Source: Polyangiaceae bacterium (GTDB lineage: Bacteria > Myxococcota_A > Polyangia > Polyangiales > Polyangiaceae). From it: 64,000 nucleotides of DNA. The stretch covers positions 384,001 through 448,000 of the forward strand of contig JBILLK010000003.1 in NCBI GenBank assembly GCA_044376115.1, written 5' to 3'. Made by a program: the position numbers and the translations under genes. Below, piece by piece: positions 40,540 through 51,403 of the stretch (position 1 is the stretch's first letter; each line of letters starts with the position of its first letter). The notes beneath the pieces are model-generated. The model saw only the letters and a program-made list of their open reading frames with translations. It ran no database searches and had not been told where the DNA came from.

Positions 40540-42153
40540 TCAGCTGAACGAGTCGCGAATCTGACGACGAATCTTCCCGAGGGCCTGCTCTTGCAACTGC
40601 CGGATACGCTCGCGCGACAGGTTGTACTTGTCACCGATCTCCTTCAGCGTGAGCTCGTCCTCGTCATCCAGACCGAAGCGCCAACGAAGGATGCGCGCCT
40701 CGATCGGCGTGAGCGTAGCGAGGAGGCGACGCACCTCATCTCCCCAGCTTTGATCGGCCAGGGTGTCGAACGGCGACTTGGCCTCTTCATCCTGGAGGAA
40801 GTCGAGGAACTTGCGACCGTCTTCATCTCCGACCGGTCGGTCGAGTGAGAAGGGCGTCTCGGCTTGGAATTCGCGAACACGCTCGAGCTTTTCGGCGGGT
40901 ACGCCGGTCTCGCGCTCGAGCTCCGCCATCGACGGCTCTTCCCCGGTGCGGGCCAGCAGACTCTGCCGAGCCTTTGCAACGCGGTTGTAGGTGTCGAGCA
41001 TGTGCACGGGGATGCGCACGGCTCGGCCCTTGTCGGCTAAGGCGCGGCTAACCGCATGACGAATCCACCACGAGGCGTAGGTTGAGAAGCGGTAGCCGCG
41101 ACGATGGTCGAAGCGCTCGACGGCCTTCATCAGCCCGATGTTGCCCTCTTGGATGAGGTCGATCAGCGGAAGGCGACCGCGGTTGTAGCGACGTGCAATC
41201 GAAACCACCAAGCGAAGGTTGGCCTTCACGAAGCGGTTCTTCACCGCCAGCTGGCGATTCCAGGTTGCGCGAACGTTGGCGAGGTAAGCGTCGTACTCGG
41301 CCGACGGCTCGAGCCGCGGACGGGAGAGCATCGCCTCGATGTCTTCCTCCTCGTTCGGGAAGTCAGCGTCGGTCACGAGCTGACGGGCGATTTGGAAGGC
41401 GTCGGCCATCCAGATTCGATCCGAGTCGGGCAACCGGATGCCAGCCGCGAGCGAAGCCGAGGTGGACTCCCATTTCTTCTTTTGCTCGGCATTGAACTTG
41501 CCGCCCTGGCTGTGGAACACAGTAACCAGCGCCTGAAGCTCCGGGAGCTCAGGGACCTGAACGACCTCAGGACCGGCTTTGGCTACGTGGACTGCAAGGT
41601 TGGCGAGAATGTGTTCAGCCGCCGGGATGTGCGAGAGAAGCGCCACCCAATGGGCGAACTCGGTCTGTTCAACCGCTTGAGCAGTTGCCACCTCTTCTTC
41701 TTGTGGCATGACTGCGTGAGTGGCCATCTCACGGAAGTACCTGCCGAGCGTCGAGTCTCCTGGCCCGTCTTCAAAGCGGCCGGCCGCGGGTAGCACCACC
41801 GGGGTGTCATCATCCGTGTTCAGCGCGTGGTTACGCAGCGTTGACTCGGCCTCCTTGAGTTCAGTGCGGGCCGGGCGGATGGCTGTTTGGTCCAGTGCCT
41901 CATCATCGGCGCCGCCGAACAGGTCCACGTCCACACCGTCATCCATGGCCAAGCCGGCAGAGGACGGTGGAGCTCCCGATTCAGCGATCGGGTACTCACG
42001 CGTTTCTTCATCAACCATCTCCCCTTCGAAGCTCGGAGCTTCGAATTCCGGGGTGCGGGCCAACGCTGTGTTGCCCACCGACGTGGGCTCGCTCGAACGA
42101 ACGGGCGCACGCTTCGCTGACGACACGGATCGAATTTTGGCTTGCCTGGGCAT
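40540..42153 (-). CDS. RpoD/RpoS-like sigma-70 family factor (probably non-primary)
   Basis: [53 protein letters not shown]. Confidence 0.92.
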   Translation of the reverse strand: MPRQAKIRSVSSAKRAPVRSSEPTSVGNTALARTPEFEAPSFEGEMVDEETREYPIAESGAPPSSAGLAMDDGVDVDLFGGADDEALDQTAIRPARTELKEAESTLRNHALNTDDDTPVVLPAAGRFEDGPGDSTLGRYFREMATHAVMPQEEEVATAQAVEQTEFAHWVALLSHIPAAEHILANLAVHVAKAGPEVVQVPELPELQALVTVFHSQGGKFNAEQKKKWESTSASLAAGIRLPDSDRIWMADAFQIARQLVTDADFPNEEEDIEAMLSRPRLEPSAEYDAYLANVRATWNRQLAVKNRFVKANLRLVVSIARRYNRGRLPLIDLIQEGNIGLMKAVERFDHRRGYRFSTYASWWIRHAVSRALADKGRAVRIPVHMLDTYNRVAKARQSLLARTGEEPSMAELERETGVPAEKLERVREFQAETPFSLDRPVGDEDGRKFLDFLQDEEAKSPFDTLADQSWGDEVRRLLATLTPIEARILRWRFGLDDEDELTLKEIGDKYNLSRERIRQLQEQALGKIRRQIRDSFS

Positions 42154-42526
42154 CGCTTCCTCGGTTTTGGGGCAGAATGTAAGAACGGCTAGGGGTTGAC
42201 CGGTGGCCCTTTGATTTTTCGATCGAAGGGTCAACTACATGACGTTCGAGAGTGACATTTGGTTCGCAAAGTTTTGTTGCGTTTCATGTCCTTTTGAGTC
42301 AGCGGTTTGTGACCGTCCTGCGCGAAACCCACCACCCAATGAATTGATTCCCGGCCGAAGTGGTTTGTTGGTTGCAGCACGAGTCTTCTGGTCGCGTGCA
42401 ACATGAATGCCCCGAACTAAGTCCGACGATCACGGGACTTACGGCGCAAATCGCAAAAGCTTAAGGCGCGCGCTACTCCAGACTCTCAAGAGGGTGGGGC
42501 AAATCGCGACACGCCGATCATGGAGG

Positions 42527-42557
42527 ACGAGCGGCCCCCACAATAGGGGCCGCTCGT
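42527..42557. terminator. Perfect 12-bp hairpin downstream of pheS
   Basis: ACGAGCGGCCCC-CACAATA-GGGGCCGCTCGT; no clear U-tract. Confidence 0.55.
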
Positions 42558-42599
42558 TAGGGGATTCGACGAAGCGCGCGCTTCGGATTCGAAGCGACG

Positions 42600-43676
42600 T
42601 TAAAACTGTGAAAGGAAGCGCGGGTCGTTGTCGAACAGCAGCTTGATGTTCGGGATGCCGTAGCGAAGCATCGCCAGACGATCGATGCCCATGCCAAAGG
42701 CGAAGCCGGTCACCTTCTCGGGATCGAGCCCGGTGTGACGGAAGACGTCGGGGTGCACCATGCCGCAACCCCCGACCTCCAACCAACCGGTGGCCTTGCA
42801 GACGCGGCAACTCGAGCGCGTGCCTTGCTCGACCGAACAGAAGACGCAGCCGACGTCGACCTCTGCGCCGGGTTCAACGAACGGGAAGTAGCTCGGTCGG
42901 AAACGCGTTGGCGTGCCAGGCCCGTACAAGCGCTCAGCGAAGGCTGAGAGGACGCCACGCAGCTCGGCCATGCTCACGGCCGTATCGATCAGAAAGCCCT
43001 CCATCTGGTGGAACATGGGCGAGTGGGTCACGTCGTCATCACGGCGGTACACAGCACCGGCGCTGACCACCGCCAAGCGCGGGGGTTCTCCAGCCGCTAC
43101 CCGAGCCGCGAGCTTCATCATCTCGCGAACCTGAACGTTGCTGGTGTGGGTGCGCAGCAGCACCTTGTTGTTGAACCAGAAGCTGTCCTGCATGTCGGTT
43201 GCAGGGTGATCCGGCGGGAACGCGAGCTTGGTGAAGTTGTTCTCCTCCAGCTCGACCTCCGGCCCATCCACCGAGGCGAAGCCCAACTCACGAAAGATGC
43301 CGAGCAGCTCGTCACGGACCGAAAGCACCGGATGGCGGTGGCCCCGGCCAAAGGAAAGGCGCCCCGGCAATGAAAGATCAAACGGAAGGCCCGAAAGCTC
43401 GGCCTGCAGTGCCTGCTCCGCCAGCCGCTTCAGCTCGTTCGCAAACGTCGTCTCCACGTCGGCTCGAAAGGCGTTCACCAAGGCGCCGATGCGCGGGCGT
43501 TCTTCCGCAGCCACGTCGCGCAGGAGCGCCAAGACGGCCGTCAGATCGCCCTTCTTTCCAAGCAACTTCGCGTAGTCGGCGCGCAGCTGCTGTTCGTTGT
43601 TCGCAGCCGAGAACGCCTCCCGAAACTGCGTGCCAAGGTTTTGAAGTCGACTTTCGATCTCGCTAGCGGCGCTCAT
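42600..43676 (-). CDS. pheS: Phenylalanine--tRNA ligase alpha subunit
   Basis: HPATDMQDSF, LLRTHTS, THSPMFHQ, FRPSYFPFVEP, GFAFGMGIDR. Confidence 0.98.
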   Translation of the reverse strand: MSAASEIESRLQNLGTQFREAFSAANNEQQLRADYAKLLGKKGDLTAVLALLRDVAAEERPRIGALVNAFRADVETTFANELKRLAEQALQAELSGLPFDLSLPGRLSFGRGHRHPVLSVRDELLGIFRELGFASVDGPEVELEENNFTKLAFPPDHPATDMQDSFWFNNKVLLRTHTSNVQVREMMKLAARVAAGEPPRLAVVSAGAVYRRDDDVTHSPMFHQMEGFLIDTAVSMAELRGVLSAFAERLYGPGTPTRFRPSYFPFVEPGAEVDVGCVFCSVEQGTRSSCRVCKATGWLEVGGCGMVHPDVFRHTGLDPEKVTGFAFGMGIDRLAMLRYGIPNIKLLFDNDPRFLSQF

Positions 43677-43770
43677 GGAGAATCTCCTCAAACGGGGCTT
43701 CGGGCCTCAGCAACCTGCGAGCCCTCGGCTGACAGCAACAAGCGTCCACCCCTTTGGTGGAACCGGAACG

Positions 43771-43800
43771 AAAAGACCCGACGAATCCGCCGGGTCTTTT
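43771..43800 (-). terminator. Intrinsic terminator between rplT and pheS
   Basis: AAAAGACCCG...CGGGTCTTTT hairpin with a T-run on either strand. Confidence 0.75.
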
Positions 43801-43860
43801 GGGACTGCGGGAACGAGCTTTATCAGCCCGCTCACCCAGTTCTTTCGCACAAGCGTTGGT

Positions 43861-44208
43861 TCAACCCGCAGCGGCCTTGACGACAGCCTGGAAGCCAACC
43901 GGGTCAGCCACAGCGAGGTCGCTCAGGATTTTGCGGTCCAGCGTGATGTTCGCCTTCTTGAGGAGGGAGATCAGCTTGCTGTAGGTGGTCCCGTTGGTGC
44001 GAGCGGCGGCGTTGATACGCACGATCCACAGGCGTCGGAAGTCACGCTTCTTGAGCGCGCGGCTTACATAGCCGTACTCCCAAGCGTGACGAAGAACCTC
44101 AACCGCCTGGCGGAAGCGGTTCTTGCGGCCAAGGAAGTAACCCTCGGTCTGGTTGAGGACGCGGTTGCGACGACGACGGGCCTTAAAGCCTCTTTTTGCA
44201 CGAGCCAT
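43861..44208 (-). CDS. rplT: 50S ribosomal protein L20
   Basis: [28 protein letters not shown]. Confidence 0.98.
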   Translation of the reverse strand: MARAKRGFKARRRRNRVLNQTEGYFLGRKNRFRQAVEVLRHAWEYGYVSRALKKRDFRRLWIVRINAAARTNGTTYSKLISLLKKANITLDRKILSDLAVADPVGFQAVVKAAAG

Positions 44209-44220
44209 GCTGGTTCCTCC

Positions 44221-44418
44221 TCAGCCGTAGGGCAGCATCAACTTGATGCGCTTCTCGAAGGTTCCGTCCACCATGTCGTTCTTGCGCAGGCGGCGGCAGC
44301 GTTTGCGGCTCTTTTCCTGCATACAGTGGTTCAGGCCACCCTTGCTGCGACGAACGCGGCCGGTGCCCGTGATCTTGAACCGCTTGGCTGCGGCTCGGTT
44401 CGTTTTCATCTTCGGCAT
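44221..44418 (-). CDS. rpmI: 50S ribosomal protein L35
   Basis: MPKMKTNRAAAKRFKITGTG...MLPYG. Confidence 0.98.
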   Translation of the reverse strand: MPKMKTNRAAAKRFKITGTGRVRRSKGGLNHCMQEKSRKRCRRLRKNDMVDGTFEKRIKLMLPYG

Positions 44419-44519
44419 GACACAGTCCGATCTCACGCTCTCCAAGGCCTCTCGCGGTTCGGCCGGCCATCGGTCGAAGCTGCGAGTTGTTCCAGAACCC
44501 AGGAAATGCGGGGGTGCGG

Positions 44520-44548
44520 GTTATGCTGGACTCCCAGCACCCTGTCAA
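44520..44548 (-). promoter_or_regulatory. Sigma70-type promoter for rpmI-rplT
   Basis: Minus strand TTGACA-17 nt-CATAAC, about 100 nt upstream of rpmI. Confidence 0.65.
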
Positions 44549-44655
44549 GCCGATCGGTCAACTGATTTGCGCGGTGAAACTGCTCAAAAATGCAGGGCCT
44601 TTCGACCCGTGCGACAAGACTCTACGCCGACCGAAAGCGATGCTAGGCGCCACTC

Positions 44656-47600
44656 ATGCCCCGTCGCACGGATATCCGCAAGATCCTGATCATCGGATCC
44701 GGTCCGATCGTCATCGGTCAGGCCTGTGAGTTCGACTACTCCGGCACCCAAGGGGCCAAGACCCTGCGTGCCGAGGGATATGAGGTCGTGCTGGTGAACT
44801 CGAACCCAGCGACGATCATGACCGATCCAGAGCTGGCCGAGCGCACCTACGTCGAGCCGCTCGAGCCGGAGACGCTCACCGCCATCCTCGAACGCGAGCG
44901 ACCCGACGCAATCCTTCCGACGCTCGGCGGCCAGACCGCGCTCAACCTCGCGCTCAAGTTGGCCGACCTCGGCGTGCTCGAGCGGCTGGGCATCCAGCTG
45001 ATCGGTGCGAGCCCACCGGCGATTCGCAAGGCCGAAGACCGCCGCTTGTTCAAAGAGGCGATGGAGAAGATCGGCCTCGAGTGTGCGCGCAGCGGTTACG
45101 CCCGCTCGGTGGAAGAGGCGCTGCAGATCGTCGAACACGGCAGCGAAGACACACGCGGTCCCATCGGCTACCCGGTGATCATCCGGCCGAGCTTCACCTT
45201 GGGCGGCACCGGCGGCGGCATCGCTCGTACGCGCGAGGAGCTCGCGGGCAAGCTCGCGTGGGCGCTCGATCAGAGCAAGGCCGATGAGGTGCTGATCGAA
45301 GAGAGCATCCTCGGTTGGAAAGAGTTCGAGCTCGAGGTGATCCGCGATGTGAAGGACAACTTCATCGTGGTGTGCACGATCGAGAACGTCGATCCGATGG
45401 GCGTTCACACCGGAGATTCGATCACGGTTGCCCCAGCGATGACGCTGACCGACCGCGAGTACCAAAGGCTTCGCGATGCTGCGCGCTCGGTCATGACTGA
45501 GATCGGCGTCGAGACCGGCGGCTCCAACGTGCAGTTCGCCGTGGACCCTGTGACTGGTCGTGTGGTCGTGATCGAGATGAACCCGCGCGTCTCCCGCTCG
45601 AGCGCGCTCGCCTCCAAGGCCACCGGCTATCCGATCGCCAAGATCGCCGCCAAGCTCGCGGTTGGTTACACGCTCGACGAGCTGACCAACGACATGACCA
45701 ACACCAGCGCCGCCTTCGAACCGACCATCGATTACGTGGTCGTGAAGTGGCCGCGCTTCGCCTTCGAGAAGTTCCCCGGCGCAGACCCGCGCTTGGGCAC
45801 GCAGATGAAGAGCGTCGGTGAGGTGATGGCGATCGGCCGCACCTTCGCCGAGGCGTTGCAAAAGGCTGCTCGTTCGCTCGAAACAGGCAAGGACGGGCTG
45901 CAATCGCTGGTCGGCATCGTCGACTATGCGGCGTTGCTCGACGACACCAACCTCGGTCGCGACCTCGTGATGGAGGCCCCGGCTGATCCACGACCGCCGA
46001 ACGAAGAGCCGCTCAGCGGCAAGCCGCTCGAGGCTGCGACGCTCACGCTCTCCACCATCCCCAGCGCAGAGCGCCTCTTCTACGTCGCCGACGCCATGCG
46101 CGCTGGCGTGACGGTGGAGCGCATGTTCGAGGCCACCAAGATCGACCGTTGGTTCCTTACGCAGATCCAACGCATCATCGACGCCGAGCGCGCGATCAGC
46201 CCGGCCTTGCTCGACGATGCGAGCCGCATGCGCGGCTACAAGCGACTTGGCTTCACCGACAAGCGCATCGCGACCTTGCTAGCCGCACAGAACCCTTCGA
46301 GCCCGCGCCCAACCGAACTCAGCGTTCGTGCTCAACGCAAGCAGCTCGGCGTACTGGCCACGTTCGGGCGCGTCGATACCTGCGCGGCCGAGTTCCCCAC
46401 CCAAACGCAGTACCTCTATTCATCGTACGAAGACTCGTCGGAGGCCGAGGTCTCGAGTCGACGCAAAGTGATTATCCTCGGCGGCGGCCCCAACCGAATC
46501 GGGCAAGGCATCGAGTTCGACTACTGCTGTGTTCATGCGGCCTTCGCGCTCCGTGAAGCAGGCGTTGAGACCATCATGGTCAACTGCAATCCGGAGACCG
46601 TTTCCACCGACTACGACACCGCAGATCGTCTTTACTTCGAGCCGCTCACGCTCGAGCACGTCCTCGACATCTACGAGACCGAGGCCGCCTCCGGCGAGGT
46701 GCTCGGGGTGATCGTGCAATACGGCGGGCAAACTCCGCTCAAATTGGCCCAGGCGCTGCACAAGGCGGGCGTGCCGCTGCTTGGCACTTCAGCGGATGCG
46801 ATCGATCGCGCGGAGGACCGCGGTCGCTTCGACGAGCTCTTGACCAAGCTCAACATCTTGCGACCGCGCGGGGCGATCGCCAACGGCGTGGCCGAGGTGT
46901 TCCGCGTGGCAGGGGAGATCGGCTACCCCGTGGTGGTGCGCCCCTCCTACGTGCTCGGCGGGCGGGCGATGATGATCTGCCACGAGGAGGTCGACCTGAA
47001 GACCTACGTGCATCTCGCGGTCGAGGCCGCGCGCGAAGCCGGAACGCAGACGATCTTGGTGGATGAGTTCCTCGCCGATGCGATCGAGGTCGATGTCGAC
47101 GCACTGGGAGATGGCAGCAATGTCGTGATCGGCGGGGTGATGCAGCACGTTGAAGAGGCCGGCGTCCATTCGGGCGACTCGGCCAGCGTGCTTCCGCCCT
47201 ACACGCTGCCTGCCGAGATCGTCGCGACGATCGAAGCGCAGACCAAAGCGCTGGGCAAAGAGCTCGGTGTGCGCGGGCTGATGAACGTGCAGTTCGCCGT
47301 GAAGGACGGCAAAGTGTTCGTGATCGAGGTCAATCCCCGCGCTTCGCGTACCGTGCCCTTCGTCGCCAAGGCGACCGGGCGTCCCTTGGCCAAGCTGGGC
47401 GTGCGAGTAATGCTGGGAGCCACGCTGGAAGATCTCGGCCTTCGTGACGCCGCTCGACCCAAGCACGTCTCGGTCAAAGAGTCGGTGTTTCCCTTCGCGA
47501 AGTTCCCCGGCGTCGATCTGCAGCTCGGCCCGGAGATGCGATCGACCGGCGAGGTGATGGGCATCGGGCAGACCTTGGCCGAGGCCTTCGGCAAGGCTCA

Positions 47601-48036
47601 GGTCGCCTCGGGCGTCGTACTGCCGAAGAGCGGCGCTGTGCTGATCACGGTGAAAGACTCGGACAAAGCCCAAGCCTGCGTGGTCGCCGCGTTGCTCGCA
47701 GAGCTCGGCTTCTCGATCCTCGCGACGGCCGGCACCGCCCGCGCGCTCGCTGCAGCCGGCATCCAATCGGAGATCCTCGGGCGCGTTCGCGATGGCTCGC
47801 CGCACGTGGTGGACGCCATTCGTGAGGGCCGCGTTGCGTTGGTCGTCAACACCACCGTCGGCGCAAAGGCGATTCGCGATAGCTACTCGATTCGCCGTCA
47901 AAGCCTGCTCTCCAACGTTCCCCTGGTGACGACGATGCCGGGCGCTACGGCCTTTGCCGACGCGATCGCGCACCAACGCAAGCACAAGACCACGGTCCTA
48001 TCGCTTCAGGAGTGGCACTCCGCAGGCGACCGCTAG
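44656..48036 (+). CDS. carB: Carbamoyl-phosphate synthase large subunit
   Basis: [18 protein letters not shown], two ATP-grasp halves, C-terminal MGS domain. Confidence 0.98.
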   Translation: MPRRTDIRKILIIGSGPIVIGQACEFDYSGTQGAKTLRAEGYEVVLVNSNPATIMTDPELAERTYVEPLEPETLTAILERERPDAILPTLGGQTALNLALKLADLGVLERLGIQLIGASPPAIRKAEDRRLFKEAMEKIGLECARSGYARSVEEALQIVEHGSEDTRGPIGYPVIIRPSFTLGGTGGGIARTREELAGKLAWALDQSKADEVLIEESILGWKEFELEVIRDVKDNFIVVCTIENVDPMGVHTGDSITVAPAMTLTDREYQRLRDAARSVMTEIGVETGGSNVQFAVDPVTGRVVVIEMNPRVSRSSALASKATGYPIAKIAAKLAVGYTLDELTNDMTNTSAAFEPTIDYVVVKWPRFAFEKFPGADPRLGTQMKSVGEVMAIGRTFAEALQKAARSLETGKDGLQSLVGIVDYAALLDDTNLGRDLVMEAPADPRPPNEEPLSGKPLEAATLTLSTIPSAERLFYVADAMRAGVTVERMFEATKIDRWFLTQIQRIIDAERAISPALLDDASRMRGYKRLGFTDKRIATLLAAQNPSSPRPTELSVRAQRKQLGVLATFGRVDTCAAEFPTQTQYLYSSYEDSSEAEVSSRRKVIILGGGPNRIGQGIEFDYCCVHAAFALREAGVETIMVNCNPETVSTDYDTADRLYFEPLTLEHVLDIYETEAASGEVLGVIVQYGGQTPLKLAQALHKAGVPLLGTSADAIDRAEDRGRFDELLTKLNILRPRGAIANGVAEVFRVAGEIGYPVVVRPSYVLGGRAMMICHEEVDLKTYVHLAVEAAREAGTQTILVDEFLADAIEVDVDALGDGSNVVIGGVMQHVEEAGVHSGDSASVLPPYTLPAEIVATIEAQTKALGKELGVRGLMNVQFAVKDGKVFVIEVNPRASRTVPFVAKATGRPLAKLGVRVMLGATLEDLGLRDAARPKHVSVKESVFPFAKFPGVDLQLGPEMRSTGEVMGIGQTLAEAFGKAQVASGVVLPKSGAVLITVKDSDKAQACVVAALLAELGFSILATAGTARALAAAGIQSEILGRVRDGSPHVVDAIREGRVALVVNTTVGAKAIRDSYSIRRQSLLSNVPLVTTMPGATAFADAIAHQRKHKTTVLSLQEWHSAGDR

Positions 48037-48045
48037 CCAACGCTC

Positions 48046-49863
48046 ATGAGCCTTGCGCTCCGACCCGTCGGACTCGGCTGCATGCGCTTCTCGGTCGTGC
48101 CTCATCGCGACCGCGAGATCGCCATCCAATCGCTGGTCGCTGCTGCTCGACATGGCGTCAATCTGTTCGATACGGCGCCCAGCTACGGCCTCGGCGAGTG
48201 GGATGAGCATCACAACGAGCGGCTTTTGCGCGAAGCGCTCGCGGTCGCCGGGGAGGCGCGCGAGCACGTCCGCATCGCGACCAAGGTAGGCCTCGTTCGC
48301 GAGGGCGCGGCGTGGGTCCCCGATGGGCGCGCCAAAGCGATTCGAGCGTCCTGCGAAGCCAGCTTGCAAGCGCTTGACCGCTCAGTGCTCGACTTCGTCT
48401 TGTTGCACGCGATCGATCCGCGCACCAACCTCGAGGTCAGCCTGCGTGCGTTGACCCAGCTCAAAGAGCAAGGCCTCGCGCGTGAGATCGGGATCTGCAA
48501 CGTGAGCTGCACCCAGCTCGAGCTCGCACAAAAGCTCGCGCCCATCAGCGCTGTGCAGCTCGCGTGGAGCCCCTTCGATCTGAACGCCCAACGCGCCGGC
48601 ACCGTGCGTCATGCGCTCGCCGCCGGTCTACTCACGATGGTGCATTCGCCGTTCGGCGGCCCCAAGCGTGCAGCGCGGCTCGCCAAGAACGCAGCGCTGC
48701 TTCGCGTCGCCGAACAGCTCGGCGTGCCGGCGCATACGGCCCTGCTGGCGTTGCACTACGCAACCAGCCCGCTGCTCGTTCCACTACCCGGTGCTGGTCG
48801 GCTCGAGACGGCGATCGAAGCGGGCCGAGCGGCGCGCGTGAGCCTCACCGACGAGCAGCGAAGCGAGCTGCGCGAGGCGCTCTCCTTCGATGACCCAACG
48901 GTCGCCCGAGCCGCCCTCGGTTCCACCGGCGACGACGCAGGGGAGATCGTCATGCTCGTCGGCATTCAGGCCGCCGGCAAATCAAGCGCCGCGCGCACGC
49001 TGGCCGAGCAAGGCTATCTGCGGCTCAACCGCGATGAACGTGGCGGCACCCTCGCCGGGATCGCCAAGGAGCTGCAACAACGGCTAGAAGCCGGAGAGCG
49101 CCGCATCGTGCTCGACAATACCTATGTAACGCGCGCGCAACGCGGTCGCGTACTCGAGCTGGCCGCACAGTTCGGCGTACCGGTGCGCGCCGTTTACTTC
49201 AATATCGCTTTGGAGGTCGCCCAGGTGCGCGCGGTCCGGCGCATGCTCGAAGCGGGGAACGGCCTGCTGCAACCGGAGGCCTTGCGCGCGGCTGCCAAAA
49301 CCAACCCGCACGCCTTTCCGCCGATGGTTCAGCTGCGTACCCAACGCGAACTCGAGCCTCCGCGTATGGATGAGGGCTATAGCGCTATCGACGAGCAGCA
49401 AACGGCGCGGCCTACCGAGCGACTCGTTGACCCCACGCAGGTCGCCGAGTTCGAAGCAGTCGCGATCTTGGCCGATTGCTTGGCGCACCCCGGCCTGTCT
49501 CTCGCCGATAGCCTGCGAGCGTGGCGCACCGACCTGGCCGCTAAGCCTCTATTGGTCTTTGCCTGGTGCCTTCCAGAGCATGAGCCTCAGCTCCGAGCCC
49601 AATTGGACAGCTTGCAGGAACTTAAAGTAGATAACGCATTATGTGCTCACGGCGGAGGCCCGCCGCTATGTTGGTGTAGGCCGCCCTTGCCTGGGCTACT
49701 CCTTTCCTGGGCGCAGCAACGTGGTATTGCGCTCGAGCGCTGCCTCGTTATCGGTAGTGGGCCTGCGCACCGTGCCATGGCTCGGGCGGTGGGAGCGGCC
49801 TTCAGCCTCTGCCGCACGGTCTACGATTCCTCGGGCTCTTCGGCGAACAGCGCTCGAAAGTAG
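48046..49863 (+). CDS. Aldo/keto reductase fused to a polynucleotide-kinase-like P-loop domain and a degenerate HAD domain
   Basis: FDTAPSYG, IATKVG, LLHA; VGIQAAGKS, NRD, LDNT, EPPRMDEGY; LCAH...CWCRPPLPG. Confidence 0.8.
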   Translation: MSLALRPVGLGCMRFSVVPHRDREIAIQSLVAAARHGVNLFDTAPSYGLGEWDEHHNERLLREALAVAGEAREHVRIATKVGLVREGAAWVPDGRAKAIRASCEASLQALDRSVLDFVLLHAIDPRTNLEVSLRALTQLKEQGLAREIGICNVSCTQLELAQKLAPISAVQLAWSPFDLNAQRAGTVRHALAAGLLTMVHSPFGGPKRAARLAKNAALLRVAEQLGVPAHTALLALHYATSPLLVPLPGAGRLETAIEAGRAARVSLTDEQRSELREALSFDDPTVARAALGSTGDDAGEIVMLVGIQAAGKSSAARTLAEQGYLRLNRDERGGTLAGIAKELQQRLEAGERRIVLDNTYVTRAQRGRVLELAAQFGVPVRAVYFNIALEVAQVRAVRRMLEAGNGLLQPEALRAAAKTNPHAFPPMVQLRTQRELEPPRMDEGYSAIDEQQTARPTERLVDPTQVAEFEAVAILADCLAHPGLSLADSLRAWRTDLAAKPLLVFAWCLPEHEPQLRAQLDSLQELKVDNALCAHGGGPPLCWCRPPLPGLLLSWAQQRGIALERCLVIGSGPAHRAMARAVGAAFSLCRTVYDSSGSSANSARK

Positions 49864-50585
49864 GATTGCGGGTCCCGCAGAAAGTCCCGCGTAAGCCGGA
49901 CGTGCTCGGTCTCTTCCGGGTCAATGCGGTTAATACCGCTCGCTGAAAGGTGGAAGACGTCCGCGCCCGGATAGAGCAGCAACATCGGGGAATGCGTGGC
50001 GATCAGGAACTGCGCGCGCTGGGTCCGCTCGAGATCATAAAGGATGCGTAGAAAGGCTAATTGCCGTTGCGGCGATAGCGCAGCCTCCGGCTCGTCCAAG
50101 ATGAACAGGCCGTCACGCCAACGATTCTGAAACAGCGATAAAAAAGACTCGCCGTGCGACTGCTCGAGCAGGGGCGCGGTCCCGCCATAAAGGCTGCGGT
50201 CCCCAACCGAATCAATGTAGCTCGCAAAATCGAAGAAGCTCTCGGCCCGCATGAAGAAGCCGCTCGAGACCTTGGGTAACCAGGCGAGCCGCAAGCTCTC
50301 GGCCAGCAGCGAGCCTTCCCCCGGTTGCGCGTGGCCGTGATCGAGCGTGCCTCCCTGCAAGCTGAACCCGCAAAGCACCGCGATCGCCTCGAGCAGAGTC
50401 GACTTTCCGCTCCCATTTTCCCCGACCAGGAAGGTGACTTTGCGTTTGAGCGTTAGGTCAATACCTTGGGCGAACGCTGGAATGTTGAACGGGAACTGAT
50501 CACTTGTAGCGAGCTCTGGCCGGCTCCTGATGCTACGCAGGAAAGGCTCATTGGTCTTTTGGAGAGGAGACTTTCGGCGGTTCAT
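49821..50585 (-). CDS. Stand-alone ABC/AAA-type ATPase (COG3910-like)
   Basis: GENGSGKSTL, QSHGESF, ILDEPEAALSP, ATHSP. Confidence 0.88.
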   Translation of the reverse strand: MNRRKSPLQKTNEPFLRSIRSRPELATSDQFPFNIPAFAQGIDLTLKRKVTFLVGENGSGKSTLLEAIAVLCGFSLQGGTLDHGHAQPGEGSLLAESLRLAWLPKVSSGFFMRAESFFDFASYIDSVGDRSLYGGTAPLLEQSHGESFLSLFQNRWRDGLFILDEPEAALSPQRQLAFLRILYDLERTQRAQFLIATHSPMLLLYPGADVFHLSASGINRIDPEETEHVRLTRDFLRDPQSYFRALFAEEPEES

Positions 50586-50635
50586 CGTCGAGGGCTTCGT
50601 TTGGCCGGTTGGTCAAGGTTGGCGTAGGGTACGTT

Positions 50636-51358
50636 ATGCGCTCCCTGGTTCTACCGCTATGCGCCTTTCTGTTGGTGTCGGGGGCGGAGCGCCCATCGGC
50701 GGAGGCTGCTAAAAAGGTGACCACTCCGACGCGAGTAGCGCGCGCCGCCGAGAACGCTCAGGCCTCGTTGGCTCCGCTGCTCAAGAGCAAGTCCTTGCGG
50801 CTGGGGGATGAGGTCTTCTTGCGCGCTTTCAAGGAGGAGTCCGAACTCGAGGTGTGGCTGCGGCATGACGAAAAGTTTGAGCTGCTGAAGACCTATGAAA
50901 TCTGTGCGGCCTCGGGGGAACTAGGGCCCAAACAGCGCGTGGGAGACGAGCAAGTACCGGAGGGCTTCTACAGCGTAGCGGCCTCAGCGATGAACCCTGC
51001 GAGCAGCTATCACCTGTCATTCAACGTTGGCTATCCCAACACCTACGACAAGAAGCTAGGGCGCACCGGCAGCCTAATTATGATTCATGGGGATTGCGTA
51101 TCGATCGGCTGTCTCGCCATGACCGACGAAGGCATCGAGGAGATCTACACGCTGGTTGATGCCGCTCATCGAGGCGGGCAGAAGGCTGTGCAGGTTCAGC
51201 TACTGCCGTTTCGGCTAACCAAGAAGAAGCTCGCGCAGCACAAGGCCAGTGAATGGCACTCCTTCTGGCAGAACCTGAAGCAGGGCTATGACCTGTTTGA
51301 GAAGCACCGCATCCCTCCCAAGGTCAGCGTGAAGGACGGCGAATATGCGTTTGAGTAG
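50636..51358 (+). CDS. YkuD-family murein L,D-transpeptidase-like protein (YafK/DpaA type)
   Basis: FKEESELEVW, GDEQVPEGFY, IMIHGDCVSIGC, FWQNLKQGYD. Confidence 0.9.
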   Translation: MRSLVLPLCAFLLVSGAERPSAEAAKKVTTPTRVARAAENAQASLAPLLKSKSLRLGDEVFLRAFKEESELEVWLRHDEKFELLKTYEICAASGELGPKQRVGDEQVPEGFYSVAASAMNPASSYHLSFNVGYPNTYDKKLGRTGSLIMIHGDCVSIGCLAMTDEGIEEIYTLVDAAHRGGQKAVQVQLLPFRLTKKKLAQHKASEWHSFWQNLKQGYDLFEKHRIPPKVSVKDGEYAFE

Positions 51359-51403
51359 TTCTGATACGTGACCACGGCCGTCACTCGTGGCAAATAGCTA
51401 AGC

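Noticed and set aside
43677..43860. pheM-type attenuator upstream of pheS
   Set aside because: A terminator is present, but I found no Phe-rich leader ORF or T-box motif.
44584..47985. Long minus-strand ORFs (528 aa and 398 aa)
   Set aside because: Antisense to carB, with no recognisable motifs.
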